A DNA stretch of 32,000 bases from Aquifex aeolicus VF5 (GCF_000008625.1 NC_000918.1:180001-212000), one strand, 5' to 3'. Numbered from the stretch's first letter, positions 1 to 9,866 are shown. Translations and numbers: made by a program. Notes: generated from the sequence alone by a model not told the origin.

Positions 1-1378
1 ACCTCTTCAAAAAGTAATCAATAGTCTCAACTCTTATCTTTATAGAACCAGAAGGTTTGTTTTCGTCCAGCTCGTGAAAGGTAAAGTAGGGAGTGTTGGT
101 TTCTTCTAAGATTTCCTCTATTAACGAGTATATGGGGGCGTCGTGCCCGCACCTGAAGGAAGATAGGTCAACTCCTGCAAGGTTCGGGTGTCTTGCCGTG
201 TACTTTGCCGCCCATACTTTCATGGAAGAATTTTCGCTGTAGCACTTCTTCCAGACGTCCCTTATATCCATAGGGTGTTCTATCCTTCCCTCCAAAATGT
301 CCCTCTCAAATATCCTGTAAAGGATGTCCTCGTCCCTCGGAAGGCTCTCTATTGTAAAAATCGGGTAGCCCCTTTTGTTTATCTCGTCTAAGATTTCGTG
401 GTTTATCCCCGGGTCGTTGTGGTAGGGTCTTCCAAGGAGAACTACTCCAACCTTTCCTTCCCTTTCCAGTCTCTCCAGAACTTCCCTTGCCCTTTCCCTT
501 AAAGTTCTCCTGTACTCCTCAAGTGCCCTCAGACCTTCCCTTACCGCCTCCCTGTTTTCCTCTTTCGTTATTCCGAATAAGGGATTAAATACTTTGTAGA
601 GTTGTCTCTCTAAGAGTTCCGTGTCTTCCAAATCCAGAACCGGGTCAAGGTATATCACTCCCCTTTCCCTGAATTCGTCCCTTTCCTTTGTAAAACTAGC
701 CTTCACGACTTCGGGTGTTGCCGAAACTGTGGGACACGCCCAGTGCCCTTCAGCCTTGTATATCTCTCCCTGAAGTGTCCTTATACAGGGGAAAAAGATG
801 ATGTTCACTCCTTTCTTTTCAAAAAGGAGGTTGTGAACGTGGGCTATTGCGACCTTTGAAGGGAAACACGGGTCTATTGATCCCCTCTTTGAGCCTCTTC
901 TGTAGAGCTCTTCGCTCGTGAAGTCAGAAAAAACTACCTTTTTAACTCCGAGGGCTTCGAAGTACGTCCTGAAGAAGGGAGCGTAAGAGTATACGTTCAA
1001 GACTCTCGGAATTCCGATTACCGCGTTCTTCAAGAATTCAAGTTTTTTCTTCCTGAAGAAGTTAATTATTCCATTTTCCTTTACCACTTTTTTCGGTTTG
1101 TAGGACTTGAAGAGGAGTTTATTCGAAATCTCAACGAAGTTCGGGTACTTTTCCTGCAGGGAACTCCTTTCTTTTAGGAGTTTTTTTAGCTCTTCCTTGC
1201 TCTCCACTTCCCCTTTATCGCACGTGGCTATTATGAACCTCTTTTTTTCTTCGTTTACCTTGAGATCTATGAAGGTTCTTATGCACAGGTTCTTACAAAA
1301 GTGACAGCGGGTCTCCTCGCCCCTTATGGTTTCGTAATCAATCTTATCCAGGTTTTCAAAACCTATAAAGTTCGTCAT
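1..1378 (-). CDS. Acyl-CoA dehydratase activase-associated protein (DUF2229 / HgdB-like), C-terminus beyond window start
   Basis: Open frame read by hand on the minus strand and absent from the ORF track because it runs off the edge. Starts MTNFIGFENLDKIDYETIRGEETRCHFCKNLCIRTFIDLK... and ends in-window with ...HPNLAGVDLSSFRCGHDAPIYSLIEEILEETNTPYFTFHELDENKPSGSIKIRVETIDYFLKR. Start codon overlaps the stop of the upstream activase (ATGA). Confidence 0.8.
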   Translation of the reverse strand, partial: MTNFIGFENLDKIDYETIRGEETRCHFCKNLCIRTFIDLKVNEEKKRFIIATCDKGEVESKEELKKLLKERSSLQEKYPNFVEISNKLLFKSYKPKKVVKENGIINFFRKKKLEFLKNAVIGIPRVLNVYSYAPFFRTYFEALGVKKVVFSDFTSEELYRRGSKRGSIDPCFPSKVAIAHVHNLLFEKKGVNIIFFPCIRTLQGEIYKAEGHWACPTVSATPEVVKASFTKERDEFRERGVIYLDPVLDLEDTELLERQLYKVFNPLFGITKEENREAVREGLRALEEYRRTLRERAREVLERLEREGKVGVVLLGRPYHNDPGINHEILDEINKRGYPIFTIESLPRDEDILYRIFERDILEGRIEHPMDIRDVWKKCYSENSSMKVWAAKYTARHPNLAGVDLSSFRCGHDAPIYSLIEEILEETNTPYFTFHELDENKPSGSIKIRVETIDYFLKR

Positions 1379-3210
1379 ACTAATACTCCCTCCGCTTCTT
1401 TTACTCTCTTTGCTTCAAGGGCTGCACCTATTGCCCCTGCTACGCTTCCCATGGGGTGAACGTAAACCTTTGCTTCTGGGACTTTAGACTTTATGTAATC
1501 CACCTGAGCTTTTACCACCGCGAGGTTTTTATGGGTTCCTCCCTGAAGAACGAATACCTTTCCGAGCTTCCTCAAGTTCGGCTCCTGCATTACGTAAAGC
1601 CAGACATTCAAGGGCAGAACCTTTGCGAGTCCTGCCATTATCTCTTCCGCGGTCCATCCGAGTTGCTGGAAGTTAACTATGTCCGCCTCTAAAAATACAG
1701 CACAACCAAAGTTAAAGGAGGGACAGTACTTGGCTTTAAAAGCCACGTCCGCATACTCTTCCACCCTGTATCCGAACCTGTTTGCGGTGGACTGGAGGTA
1801 ATAACCGTTTCCAGCGGAACACTGGGTGTTCAGTCTAAAGTCTTTAACCTTTCCGTTCCTGAGGATTATGACCTTTATATCTTGCCCGCCCACGTCGCAT
1901 ATCACTTCCGCGTCGGGGAAAAACTTAAGGGCTCCGAGCGTGTGGGCTACCGTTTCAACTATTGCAACGTCTCCGCCGAAAGCCATCTTGAGAAGATCTT
2001 TTGCGTATCCCGTAAAACCGACTCCTAGAACCTCTATATCAACTCCCTTTTCTTCCATTTCTCTCTTCATCTTCTTGAGAATCCCCTTTGTGTCTTCTAT
2101 AGGGTTTCCTTCCGAGAGTTTGTAGGCCGTTGTAATCACCTCTCCCTCTTCGTTTAAGAGGACTCCTTTTGTTGAAGTAGAGCCCCCGTCAACGCCTATG
2201 TAAACTCCTACCTTTTCTCCTGGGTACAGTGCCGGAGGGGTGAAGGGTTTGGATGTGTACTCCTTGAGGAATTCTTCGAGCTCTTCTTTCGTCTTCCAAA
2301 GGGCTACCTGCCCGCTTTGAGCCTTTATCTTTTCCCTTTCTTCTAGGAACCTGTAAAGTGGAGATAGGTCTTTAACTACAAAGGAGTCCTTTTCCTCAAA
2401 CTGAGAAAGGAGTGCACTCCCGAAGGCAACGTAATACAGGGCATCTTCGGGAACGTATATGGGGTTTTCTTCTTTGACTTCAAAACCTCTTTCTTCCCAG
2501 AGTTTCCTTATTTGATACTCCCACGCTTCCCTGAGAGCGGGGAAGTAGTTGTTCGGACCTCCCAGTAATAGTACTTTTGGTCTTGGTGTGTATCCCCTCG
2601 TCAAAACGGTCAAGTTCTGGAGAACTATGGCGTCAAAGAGGGAAATCATGAGCTCATCCTTGGGAACTCCGTTTTTCTGGAGGGAGTTGATGTCCGTTTC
2701 TGCGAAAACTCCGCACTTTCCCGCAACCGGGTGGACTTTTTTAGGGTCGTACTTTACGTTTTTCACTTCTTCGGGTTTCAGGTTCAGTTTCATTAGAATC
2801 CTGTCTATGGTTGCTCCCGTTCCCCCCGCACACTTGTCGTTCATAGTTGCGAATTTCCTGACACCTTTCTCGTCCCTTATCCAGACAATGAACTTAGCGT
2901 CCTGTCCTCCAAGTTCAAAAACGGAGCCCGCATCCTTGTGAAGGTGTTCCACCGCAAAGCTGAGGGCGTTAACTTCCTGTATGAACTTCCCGCCGAGGAG
3001 TTCCGCTACCTTCCTTCCGCCGCTTCCCGCCGTGAATAGTCTGAACTCCTTTACACCGAGCTCTTCCCTTATCCTTTCCAGGAACTCTATAACTTTCTCT
3101 ATTTGTTTTGTCCTGTGCCTTTCGTAATTTTTCCAAACTATATTTTTGTTTTCGTCTATCACCACAGCCTTTACGGTGGTTGAGCCGACGTCAAGACCTA
3201 CCGTTAACAT
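1375..3210 (-). CDS. BadF/BadG/BcrA/BcrD-type ATPase (2-hydroxyacyl-CoA dehydratase activator family), two tandem ASKHA domains
   Basis: 611 aa. MLTVGLDVGSTTVKAVVID... and a second VGVYIGVDGGSTSTKGVLLN...; GGQDAKFI and GGQDIKVIILR motifs; cluster-ligand-like cysteines (NDKCAGGTG, NTQCSAGNG). Confidence 0.9.
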   Translation of the reverse strand: MLTVGLDVGSTTVKAVVIDENKNIVWKNYERHRTKQIEKVIEFLERIREELGVKEFRLFTAGSGGRKVAELLGGKFIQEVNALSFAVEHLHKDAGSVFELGGQDAKFIVWIRDEKGVRKFATMNDKCAGGTGATIDRILMKLNLKPEEVKNVKYDPKKVHPVAGKCGVFAETDINSLQKNGVPKDELMISLFDAIVLQNLTVLTRGYTPRPKVLLLGGPNNYFPALREAWEYQIRKLWEERGFEVKEENPIYVPEDALYYVAFGSALLSQFEEKDSFVVKDLSPLYRFLEEREKIKAQSGQVALWKTKEELEEFLKEYTSKPFTPPALYPGEKVGVYIGVDGGSTSTKGVLLNEEGEVITTAYKLSEGNPIEDTKGILKKMKREMEEKGVDIEVLGVGFTGYAKDLLKMAFGGDVAIVETVAHTLGALKFFPDAEVICDVGGQDIKVIILRNGKVKDFRLNTQCSAGNGYYLQSTANRFGYRVEEYADVAFKAKYCPSFNFGCAVFLEADIVNFQQLGWTAEEIMAGLAKVLPLNVWLYVMQEPNLRKLGKVFVLQGGTHKNLAVVKAQVDYIKSKVPEAKVYVHPMGSVAGAIGAALEAKRVKEAEGVLV

Positions 3211-3234
3211 TCCATACCCCTCCCAGACAGAATT

Positions 3235-3774
3235 TCAGAAGTTCATCCGCAACTTTTTCTGAATCAACTTCCTCTTGCAGATAAGAGACTTTATAACTTC
3301 CTTAACTCCTCCGAGGATTACCCGTGCTACTACCTCCGTGTCGTGAGGCTTTAAAATACCGAGTTTTATCCCCTTCTCGAGGGATCTTGAAATTAAATTA
3401 ACTACGTCTTCAAAGAAACAGTCTATTATCTTCGCGTAATTGGGTTCGCAACTCCTGAAAAGGATTATTTTCGCAAGTTCTCTGTTCTCAAGGGCGTAAT
3501 CTATTACTCTCTTTACGTTTTCCTTTACCTGCTCTACAGGGTCCCGGGATATATCAACGGGTTTTATACGTTCCTTCAAATCCTCAACGACTTTTTTGAG
3601 TATCTCTTCAAAGACTTCTTCCTTGCTCTTGAAGTATATGTAAAAAGTTCCCCTCGCAACTCCCGCACTTTCCACTATGTGAGAAATCTGGGTATTATAA
3701 AACCCCTTTTCCGCAAACTCCTTTGCAGCTGCTTTTATTATCCTCTCCCTCGTCTGAACTGACATGTCATTCAC
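3235..3774 (-). CDS. TetR/AcrR family transcriptional regulator
   Basis: 179 aa. N-terminal HTH RIIKAAAKEFAEKGFYNTQISHIVESAGVARGTFYIYFKSKEEVFEEIL. 24 bp upstream of the activase gene, same strand. Confidence 0.9.
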   Translation of the reverse strand: MNDMSVQTRERIIKAAAKEFAEKGFYNTQISHIVESAGVARGTFYIYFKSKEEVFEEILKKVVEDLKERIKPVDISRDPVEQVKENVKRVIDYALENRELAKIILFRSCEPNYAKIIDCFFEDVVNLISRSLEKGIKLGILKPHDTEVVARVILGGVKEVIKSLICKRKLIQKKLRMNF

Positions 3775-3889
3775 CTCCTAATATGAGTATTATCACAAAA
3801 AGTTCTATGATATTAATCACAAAATCCTTTGCGCCAAAAACTTTCTTCTCATTAATGTCCATTCTACAAATCCCATAAAATCTTCCCTT

Positions 3890-4531
3890 ATGAAAAGGGA
3901 AGACGTGCCTAAAGTTCTTGAAATTCTAAAAAGGGAATTTCCGAAATGGAATGCTCCCGTAGTTCACATGATAGCCCAGCACGATAAAGATCCCTTCAGG
4001 GTTCTGGTGTGTGCACTGCTTTCTACGAGAACAAAGGACGAACTCACTTGGAGAGTTTGTAAAAGGTTTTTTGAAAAGGTAAAATCTCCCGAAGATCTTA
4101 TAAAACTTTCCGAAAAAGAAATTGAAGAACTAATTTATCCTGTGGGTTTTTACAGGGTAAAGGCTAAACAATTAAAAGAGATTGGAAAAATCCTGATTGA
4201 GAAGTACGGCGGGAAAGTCCCGGATACACTGGAAGAACTTCTGAAACTTCCGGGTGTGGGCAGAAAGGTGGCAAACCTCGTCCTTTCAAAGGGATTTAAT
4301 AAACCTGCTATAGTCGTTGACGTTCACGTCCACAGGATAGTGAACAGGTGGTGTCTGGTGAAGACGAAAACACCTGAAGAAACGGAGAGGAAATTAATGG
4401 AAATAGTTCCAAAAGAACTCTGGAGCGATATCAATTACCTTTTGGTTGCCTTTGGGCAAACGATATGCCTTCCGAGAAAGCCGAAATGCGAGGAGTGCCC
4501 TGTAGAAAAGTACTGCGGAAAGTGCCTTTAA
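3890..4531 (+). CDS. nth: Endonuclease III
   Basis: 213 aa. HhH motif [29 protein letters not shown]-terminal 4Fe-4S ligands [20 protein letters not shown]. Confidence 0.95.
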   Translation: MKREDVPKVLEILKREFPKWNAPVVHMIAQHDKDPFRVLVCALLSTRTKDELTWRVCKRFFEKVKSPEDLIKLSEKEIEELIYPVGFYRVKAKQLKEIGKILIEKYGGKVPDTLEELLKLPGVGRKVANLVLSKGFNKPAIVVDVHVHRIVNRWCLVKTKTPEETERKLMEIVPKELWSDINYLLVAFGQTICLPRKPKCEECPVEKYCGKCL

Positions 4532-5025
4532 CTCTTTTCACCGCCTATTTCAAAGTCTTCGGGTTTAATATTTTCGAGCCACTCCCTTAACTTCTTCTTC
4601 TCTTCGTCCTCTTCGGGTTCCGGCAGTTTTGACTGTTCAAGGACATGTTCCGCCACGTATATGGGAGCTCCGAACCTGAGGGCGAGGTTTATAGCGTCGC
4701 TCGGCCTTGAATCTATAACGAGTGTGTTGTTCCCCTGATTTATGTAAATTTCCGCGTAGTAAGTGCTGTCTTTGAGGTCGTTTATTACAACCTTTTCAAC
4801 GTTTCCGCCCATTTCCGTGATTATGTTTTTAAGGAGTTCGTAAGTCATGGGTCTCGGGGGTTCTACACCTTGGAGTTTCATGGCTATGCCGTTTGCCTCA
4901 AAGGCTCCTATCCATATAGGGAGTATTAAGTTTTCGTCTTCCTTTCCCTTTAAAACAACTATAGGCATCTGAGTCGTGGGATCAAGAGTAATTCCGTGAA
5001 CTTCCATTTCAACAAGTTCGCTCAT
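4528..5025 (-). CDS. Bifunctional nuclease family protein (DUF151/BFN)
   Basis: 165 aa. [30 protein letters not shown]...[13 protein letters not shown]...[27 protein letters not shown], typical BFN signature. Confidence 0.88.
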   Translation of the reverse strand: MSELVEMEVHGITLDPTTQMPIVVLKGKEDENLILPIWIGAFEANGIAMKLQGVEPPRPMTYELLKNIITEMGGNVEKVVINDLKDSTYYAEIYINQGNNTLVIDSRPSDAINLALRFGAPIYVAEHVLEQSKLPEPEEDEEKKKLREWLENIKPEDFEIGGEKS

Positions 5026-6344
5026 TTTATCACCTCCAAAAGTTCGCCCTCTAAACTGAAGGGAGAAGACTTAATAACCTTTATCTTCACTATCTTTCCT
5101 AAAAGTGAAGGGTCTCCCTTAAAGGAAGCCCACTTGTTCGTTGTTGTTCTGCCTATAAGTTCACCGTTCTTCTCCTCTTCAACAAGGACTTCCTGAACCG
5201 TTCCTTCGTACTTTTTGGCTATTTCCGAGAGTATTGACTTTTGGAGTTCTAAGAGTCTCCTCATCCTTTCCGTTTTCACATCATCGGGAATCTGTCCCTC
5301 CATTTCCGCGGCGGGTGTTCCAGGTCTCGGAGAGAACTTGAAGGAGAACACCTGTTCAAACCTTACCTTTTTAAGGACGTCCAGTGTGTGTTCAAAATCC
5401 TCCTCAGTTTCCGTGGGAAATCCAACGATTACGTCCGTGGACATTGCGATGTCCTTAACTTTTTCCTTTAGTTTTTCTATCTTTTCAAGGTATTCCTCTT
5501 TTGTGTATCCTCTGTCCATCAAGGCAAGAATCCTGTTTGAACCTGCTTGGAAGGGAAGGTGGAGTGCGTTGCACACCTGCGGAATGTCTGCCATAGCCTC
5601 TATTATGTCGTCTGTGAGATCTCTCGGGTGTCCAGTAGTGAACCTTATCCTCTCAACGCCGTCTATCTTTGAAACCTGATACAGGAGTTCTGAGAAGGGA
5701 ATGGGTTTTTCAAAGTCTTTGCCCCATGCGGTTACGTTTTGACCAAGGAGGTGTATCTCCCTTACCCCATCGTCAACAAGTCTTTTCACTTCGTCAAGTA
5801 TGCTGTGAAGTGCTCTTGAACGCTCTTTACCTCTAGTTCTCGGAACTACGCAGTAGGTGCAGTTCTTGTCGCAACCCTTTATTATCGTCACGTAGGCGCA
5901 GTACTTATTATCCCTCTCTACGGGGTATTCCCATATCTTGTCTTCGTCTTGGGGAAGCTCGTCAAGGATTGCAATAGCCTTATAGCCCGCCTGAGCTTGA
6001 TTTATGAGTTCGGGGAGCTGGTGCATGTTAAAAGAGGAAAACATTATGTCTATTACGGGAGCTTTTTTTACGAGTTCCCATCCCGTTCTCTGAGCTAGGC
6101 AACCCGCAACCGCGATAAGAGCCTTCGGGTTCTTTTCCTTAATTTTTTTATACTCACCGAGGTGGGATAAAACCTTCTGGTCGGGTTTTTCCCTTATGGT
6201 ACATGTATTTAAAATTATTAAATCCGCCTCTTCCCAGTTGTCTGTCTGCTCGTATCCGATAGTTTTAAGGAGTCCCCTTATACGTTCGCTGTCGTTGAAG
6301 TTCATCTGGCAACCGAAAGTCTTTATGAAAAACTTTTTACTCAT
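5022..6344 (-). CDS. miaB: tRNA-2-methylthio-N6-dimethylallyladenosine synthase
   Basis: 440 aa. FIKTFGCQMNFNDSERI, radical-SAM motif CDKNCTYCVVPRTRGKERSR, C-terminal TRAM-like region. ATGA overlap with the downstream BFN gene. Confidence 0.95.
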   Translation of the reverse strand: MSKKFFIKTFGCQMNFNDSERIRGLLKTIGYEQTDNWEEADLIILNTCTIREKPDQKVLSHLGEYKKIKEKNPKALIAVAGCLAQRTGWELVKKAPVIDIMFSSFNMHQLPELINQAQAGYKAIAILDELPQDEDKIWEYPVERDNKYCAYVTIIKGCDKNCTYCVVPRTRGKERSRALHSILDEVKRLVDDGVREIHLLGQNVTAWGKDFEKPIPFSELLYQVSKIDGVERIRFTTGHPRDLTDDIIEAMADIPQVCNALHLPFQAGSNRILALMDRGYTKEEYLEKIEKLKEKVKDIAMSTDVIVGFPTETEEDFEHTLDVLKKVRFEQVFSFKFSPRPGTPAAEMEGQIPDDVKTERMRRLLELQKSILSEIAKKYEGTVQEVLVEEEKNGELIGRTTTNKWASFKGDPSLLGKIVKIKVIKSSPFSLEGELLEVIK

Positions 6345-6372
6345 AGATTATTAATTTATAGTTTTCGCAGGA

Positions 6373-6900
6373 TTAATGGTGTTTGTGTTCTTTCTCCTCC
6401 AGGTGTTCCCTGTGGGACAGGTAAAGGGCTAAAGCTATACTTACGAGCCCCAATCCGAAGAATAAGAAGTCTATAGATTGTGTAAAGTTGAAAAAAAGTG
6501 CCTGTTTGAAGAAGTAAACCGAGAGAACCATTATAACTATCTTTCCCAGTTTCATTTTGAGGTCTTCCAAGTTCCTTACTATTAAAATTCTCGAACTCCT
6601 CTGATCCCTTTCCGCGGGGTCTATCTTTGATATGAAGAGCTCGTAAAGTCCCAAGGAGAAAATTATCAGGAATGTAGCTATTAAAAACAGGTCAAGGGAG
6701 GAGATAACCGAAGCGAGTATCTTCCTCTGAAATATCTCGTAATCTCCTGTATCTACGAGTTTTATTACCGGGTAAATTATCTCGTATACTCCGGCAAGAA
6801 ACAGCAAAAGCGAGGCAAATAAAGACATTACAACCGCTATTAATACCAAGAGCCTTGACTTCCACAGAAAGTTTTCAAAGATTATTTCAAGCAATCTCAT
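6373..6900 (-). CDS. YqhA/UPF0114 family membrane protein
   Basis: 175 aa, 3-4 hydrophobic helices; FLWKSRLLVLIAVVMSLFASLLLFLAG...LVKLVDTG-like pattern. Confidence 0.75.
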   Translation of the reverse strand: MRLLEIIFENFLWKSRLLVLIAVVMSLFASLLLFLAGVYEIIYPVIKLVDTGDYEIFQRKILASVISSLDLFLIATFLIIFSLGLYELFISKIDPAERDQRSSRILIVRNLEDLKMKLGKIVIMVLSVYFFKQALFFNFTQSIDFLFFGLGLVSIALALYLSHREHLEEKEHKHH

Positions 6901-7373
6901 CAGAGGTGTATTTTACCTTTAAACTCTCTTTCGAGTTCCCTCTTCATAGCTTTTTCTTTGAGTTCTCTCCTCCTGTCGTAGAGCTTCTTACCCTTTGCAA
7001 GGGCTATCAGAACCTTCACTTTGTTGTTCTTCCAATAGAGCTTTAAGGGAATTATAGTGTAGCCCTTTTCCTGAACTTTTCCGTAGAGCCTCATTATCTC
7101 CCTTTTGTGAAGAAGGAGCTTTCTCTTTCTTAATGGATCGTGGTTTTCTATAGTCGCGTGTTTATACGGGGCTATGTAGAGGTTGTAGAGCCACGCCTCT
7201 CCGTTTTCTATCCTTACGAAACTATCCTTAAAGGAAACGGTTCCCTTTTCCCTCAGGGATTTTACCTCGGAACCTTTCAAGACTATTCCCGCTTCGTAGG
7301 TCTCAAGTATGTCGTACTTGGCTTTTGCTTCCTTGTTTTCAGCTATAGGGATAATTTTGTCGCTTTTGCCCAT
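6900..7373 (-). CDS. smpB: SsrA-binding protein
   Basis: 157 aa. KYDILETYEAGIVLKGSEVKSLREKGTVSFKDSFVRIENGEAWLYNLYIAPY...HKREIMRLYGKVQEKGYTIIPLKLYW...KVLIALAKGKKLYDRR. Confidence 0.97.
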   Translation of the reverse strand: MGKSDKIIPIAENKEAKAKYDILETYEAGIVLKGSEVKSLREKGTVSFKDSFVRIENGEAWLYNLYIAPYKHATIENHDPLRKRKLLLHKREIMRLYGKVQEKGYTIIPLKLYWKNNKVKVLIALAKGKKLYDRRRELKEKAMKRELEREFKGKIHL

Positions 7374-7380
7374 AATAAGT

Positions 7381-8349
7381 TCACTTTATCATTTCGGCGT
7401 AAGTTCTCGCGAGTTTAAAGAACTTAGTAGCCCTCTCCTTTGCCTTCTCCTTTTCTTCTTGAGTTAAGTTAGGATCGTCAAGTAAGAAGGAGTTCACCTT
7501 CCCTCTCACGTAAGCCCTGTAGCACTTGAAAAAGGGAAGCATAAGGTCAAAGTCGGGATCTTTTGATATCCTCCTGTACTCTTCCTCGTAAGCCCTTGCG
7601 AGGTATTCCCTTCCGAAGTACTCCAGTTCCATAGAAAGGAAGCACATGTCGTTGAGAACGTCTCCGTACCTGAACCTGTCGTTAAACTCAATACAGTCAA
7701 AGATACACACTCCTTCTTCCAGGAAGGCAACGTGTTCCGTCCTTATGTCCCCGTGCCCGTCCCTTATCCTCCCTTCCTTTATCCTCTTTTCGAAAATGTC
7801 CGCGTGCTTTTCGTAAAATTCGTTTGTCTTTCTCTTTATAAAATCGTAGTCCTCCTTGCTTATCGTTATCCCTATATACTTTTCAGTCTGGGCGAAGTTC
7901 TCGTCGGTGTTGTACTTCATTACTTCCATCTTTCCGAACTCGTCCACCCTCTTAGCCCTCACGTGGAAGTCCGCAACAACTTTTGCGACCTTTTTCAAGT
8001 CTTCTTCCGTTGTCTTATCGAGTCTGTTTGAGAGGATAGCTTCATCCGGTATCCTTCTCATCTTTACGGCGTACTCCACCACGTTCTCGTCGTTTTCTAT
8101 TACCCACTTACCCTTTACTTCGCTTATGGGAACTACACCTATGTAAACCCAGGGGCACAGCCTCCTGTTGAGTTCCACTTCCTTGTAGCACATTTCTTTC
8201 CTTTTCTCGAGCGTTGAGTAATCGAGAAAGCCGAAGTTCACAGGCTTTTTTATCTTGTAAACAACGTCTTTCAAAAGTAAAACCCATGAGGTGTGGGTCT
8301 GGATAACTTCTGCACCCAGTTCTTTTGCGAGTTCAAGTACTTTGCTCAC
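7381..8349 (-). CDS. Aminoglycoside/gluconate kinase-like phosphotransferase domain protein
   Basis: 322 aa, GTG start. VYKIKKPVNFGFLDYSTLEKRKEMCYKEVELNRRLCPWVYIGVVPI and HGDIRTEHVAF...CIFDCIEFNDRFRYGDVLNDMCFLSMELE (APH-like catalytic region). Confidence 0.75.
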   Translation of the reverse strand: MSKVLELAKELGAEVIQTHTSWVLLLKDVVYKIKKPVNFGFLDYSTLEKRKEMCYKEVELNRRLCPWVYIGVVPISEVKGKWVIENDENVVEYAVKMRRIPDEAILSNRLDKTTEEDLKKVAKVVADFHVRAKRVDEFGKMEVMKYNTDENFAQTEKYIGITISKEDYDFIKRKTNEFYEKHADIFEKRIKEGRIRDGHGDIRTEHVAFLEEGVCIFDCIEFNDRFRYGDVLNDMCFLSMELEYFGREYLARAYEEEYRRISKDPDFDLMLPFFKCYRAYVRGKVNSFLLDDPNLTQEEKEKAKERATKFFKLARTYAEMIK

Positions 8350-8377
8350 AAGTGTAATTTTAACTTAGAATGTTTTT

Positions 8378-9856
8378 ATGTTTTCTAAAGTCCTGAGCGG
8401 AGGGCTGTGGGGAGTAGAAGCCTTTCCGGTAGAAGTTCAGGTAGATATCTCTCAGGGGCTTCCTTCCTTCAACGTAGTGGGGCTTCCAGACAGTTCCGTA
8501 AAAGAGGCAAGGGAGAGGGTAAGGAGTGCTGTAAAGAACTCCGGATTTTCCTTTCCCTTGAAACGGATAACCGTGAACCTCTCCCCTTCCGACAGGAAGA
8601 AACAGGGGACCTTTTACGACCTTCCCATAGCCCTCGGTATTTTGCAGTCTTCCGGAGAAATTCCGGAACACGATTTCGTAGTTCTGGGGGAACTTTCCCT
8701 GGACGGGAGCTTAAATAAACTCAGCGGATTACTTGCGGTCCTGATTTCTTTAAAGGAGAAAGGCTTTAAGAAGTTCATAATCCCGAAACAGAACGCAGGA
8801 GAGGCTTCTCTTATAAAAGGTGTAGAGGTTTACACCTTTGAAAACTTGAAAGAAGTAGTTGAGTTTTTAAGGGGAAATCTGAAAAGAGAACCTATTTCCC
8901 ACAGGAAACATCAAGTGATAGAAATTTTTGAAGGAGACTTAAAAGATGTAAAGGGACAGGAACTCGCAAAAAGAGCCCTTGAGATATGTGCTGCGGGCTT
9001 TCATCACCTTCTCTTTGTAGGAAGTGCGGGAGCGGGAAAGTCCATGCTTGCCACAAGGATTAAGAGCATAGCCCCGCCGATGGAAGAGGAAGAAATTCTT
9101 GAAGTATCAAAAATCTACAGCGTTGCGGGGATGCTTGAAGAGAGCCTGATAACCGAAAGGCCCTTTCAAGCTCCTCACCACACGAGCTCAGAAGTCTCCC
9201 TGATAGGTGGAGGAAATCCTCCGAAACCCGGACTCATATCCTTGGCCCACAGGGGTTACTTATTTCTGGATGAAATGGCTGAATTTCCGAGGCGATTTAT
9301 AGAGTCCTTAAGGCAGCCTATGGAAAACGGTAAGGTTCAGGTGAGCAGGGCCGGAAGTAACGTAGTTTTTCCTGCGGAGTTTACCCTGCTTGGGGCCATG
9401 AACCCCTGCCCCTGCGGAAATTACAAAAACCCTTTTAAGGTTTGCACGTGTTCGGAAAGGGAAATAAAAAATTACAACAAAAAGATATCAGAACCAATAA
9501 AAGACAGAATAGACCTCAAAGTTTGGGTGTACCCCCTGAAGGAGGAGGAACTCGTAAACCTCCCTGAAGGGGAAAGTTCCGAGAAAGTAAGGGAAAGGGT
9601 GATAAGGGCCTTCCGGATACAAAAGGAGAGGGGAAAGTTTAACTCGAGACTCTCCAACGAAGAGGTAAAGAAGTACTGTCTGGACATGCTGTCAAGGGAA
9701 GCAAAAGAACTCTTAAAAGAAGCCGTTAAAAACTTAAACCTCTCGGCACGTTCCTACTTTAAACTCCTTAAAGTGGCAAGGACTATTGCGGACCTGGAGG
9801 AAAGTGAAAGGATAGAGGATTATCACATTTCCGAGTGTTTGCAGTTTAGGGATTAA
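8378..9856 (+). CDS. comM: YifB/ComM family Mg-chelatase-like AAA+ ATPase
   Basis: 492 aa. GVEAFPVEVQVDISQGLPSFNVVGLPDSSVKEARERVRSAVKNSGF; Walker A VGSAGAGKSML; LFLDEMAEF; NPCPCGNY. Confidence 0.93.
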   Translation: MFSKVLSGGLWGVEAFPVEVQVDISQGLPSFNVVGLPDSSVKEARERVRSAVKNSGFSFPLKRITVNLSPSDRKKQGTFYDLPIALGILQSSGEIPEHDFVVLGELSLDGSLNKLSGLLAVLISLKEKGFKKFIIPKQNAGEASLIKGVEVYTFENLKEVVEFLRGNLKREPISHRKHQVIEIFEGDLKDVKGQELAKRALEICAAGFHHLLFVGSAGAGKSMLATRIKSIAPPMEEEEILEVSKIYSVAGMLEESLITERPFQAPHHTSSEVSLIGGGNPPKPGLISLAHRGYLFLDEMAEFPRRFIESLRQPMENGKVQVSRAGSNVVFPAEFTLLGAMNPCPCGNYKNPFKVCTCSEREIKNYNKKISEPIKDRIDLKVWVYPLKEEELVNLPEGESSEKVRERVIRAFRIQKERGKFNSRLSNEEVKKYCLDMLSREAKELLKEAVKNLNLSARSYFKLLKVARTIADLEESERIEDYHISECLQFRD

Positions 9857-9866
9857 TATACTAACC

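Noticed and set aside
188-3000. Plus-strand ORFs in the first 3 kb (188..391, 1107..1304, 1456..1692, 1826..2125, 2549..2941)
   Set aside because: All are antisense to the well-supported activase and DUF2229 frames and resemble no known family. They are shadow ORFs of dense coding sequence.
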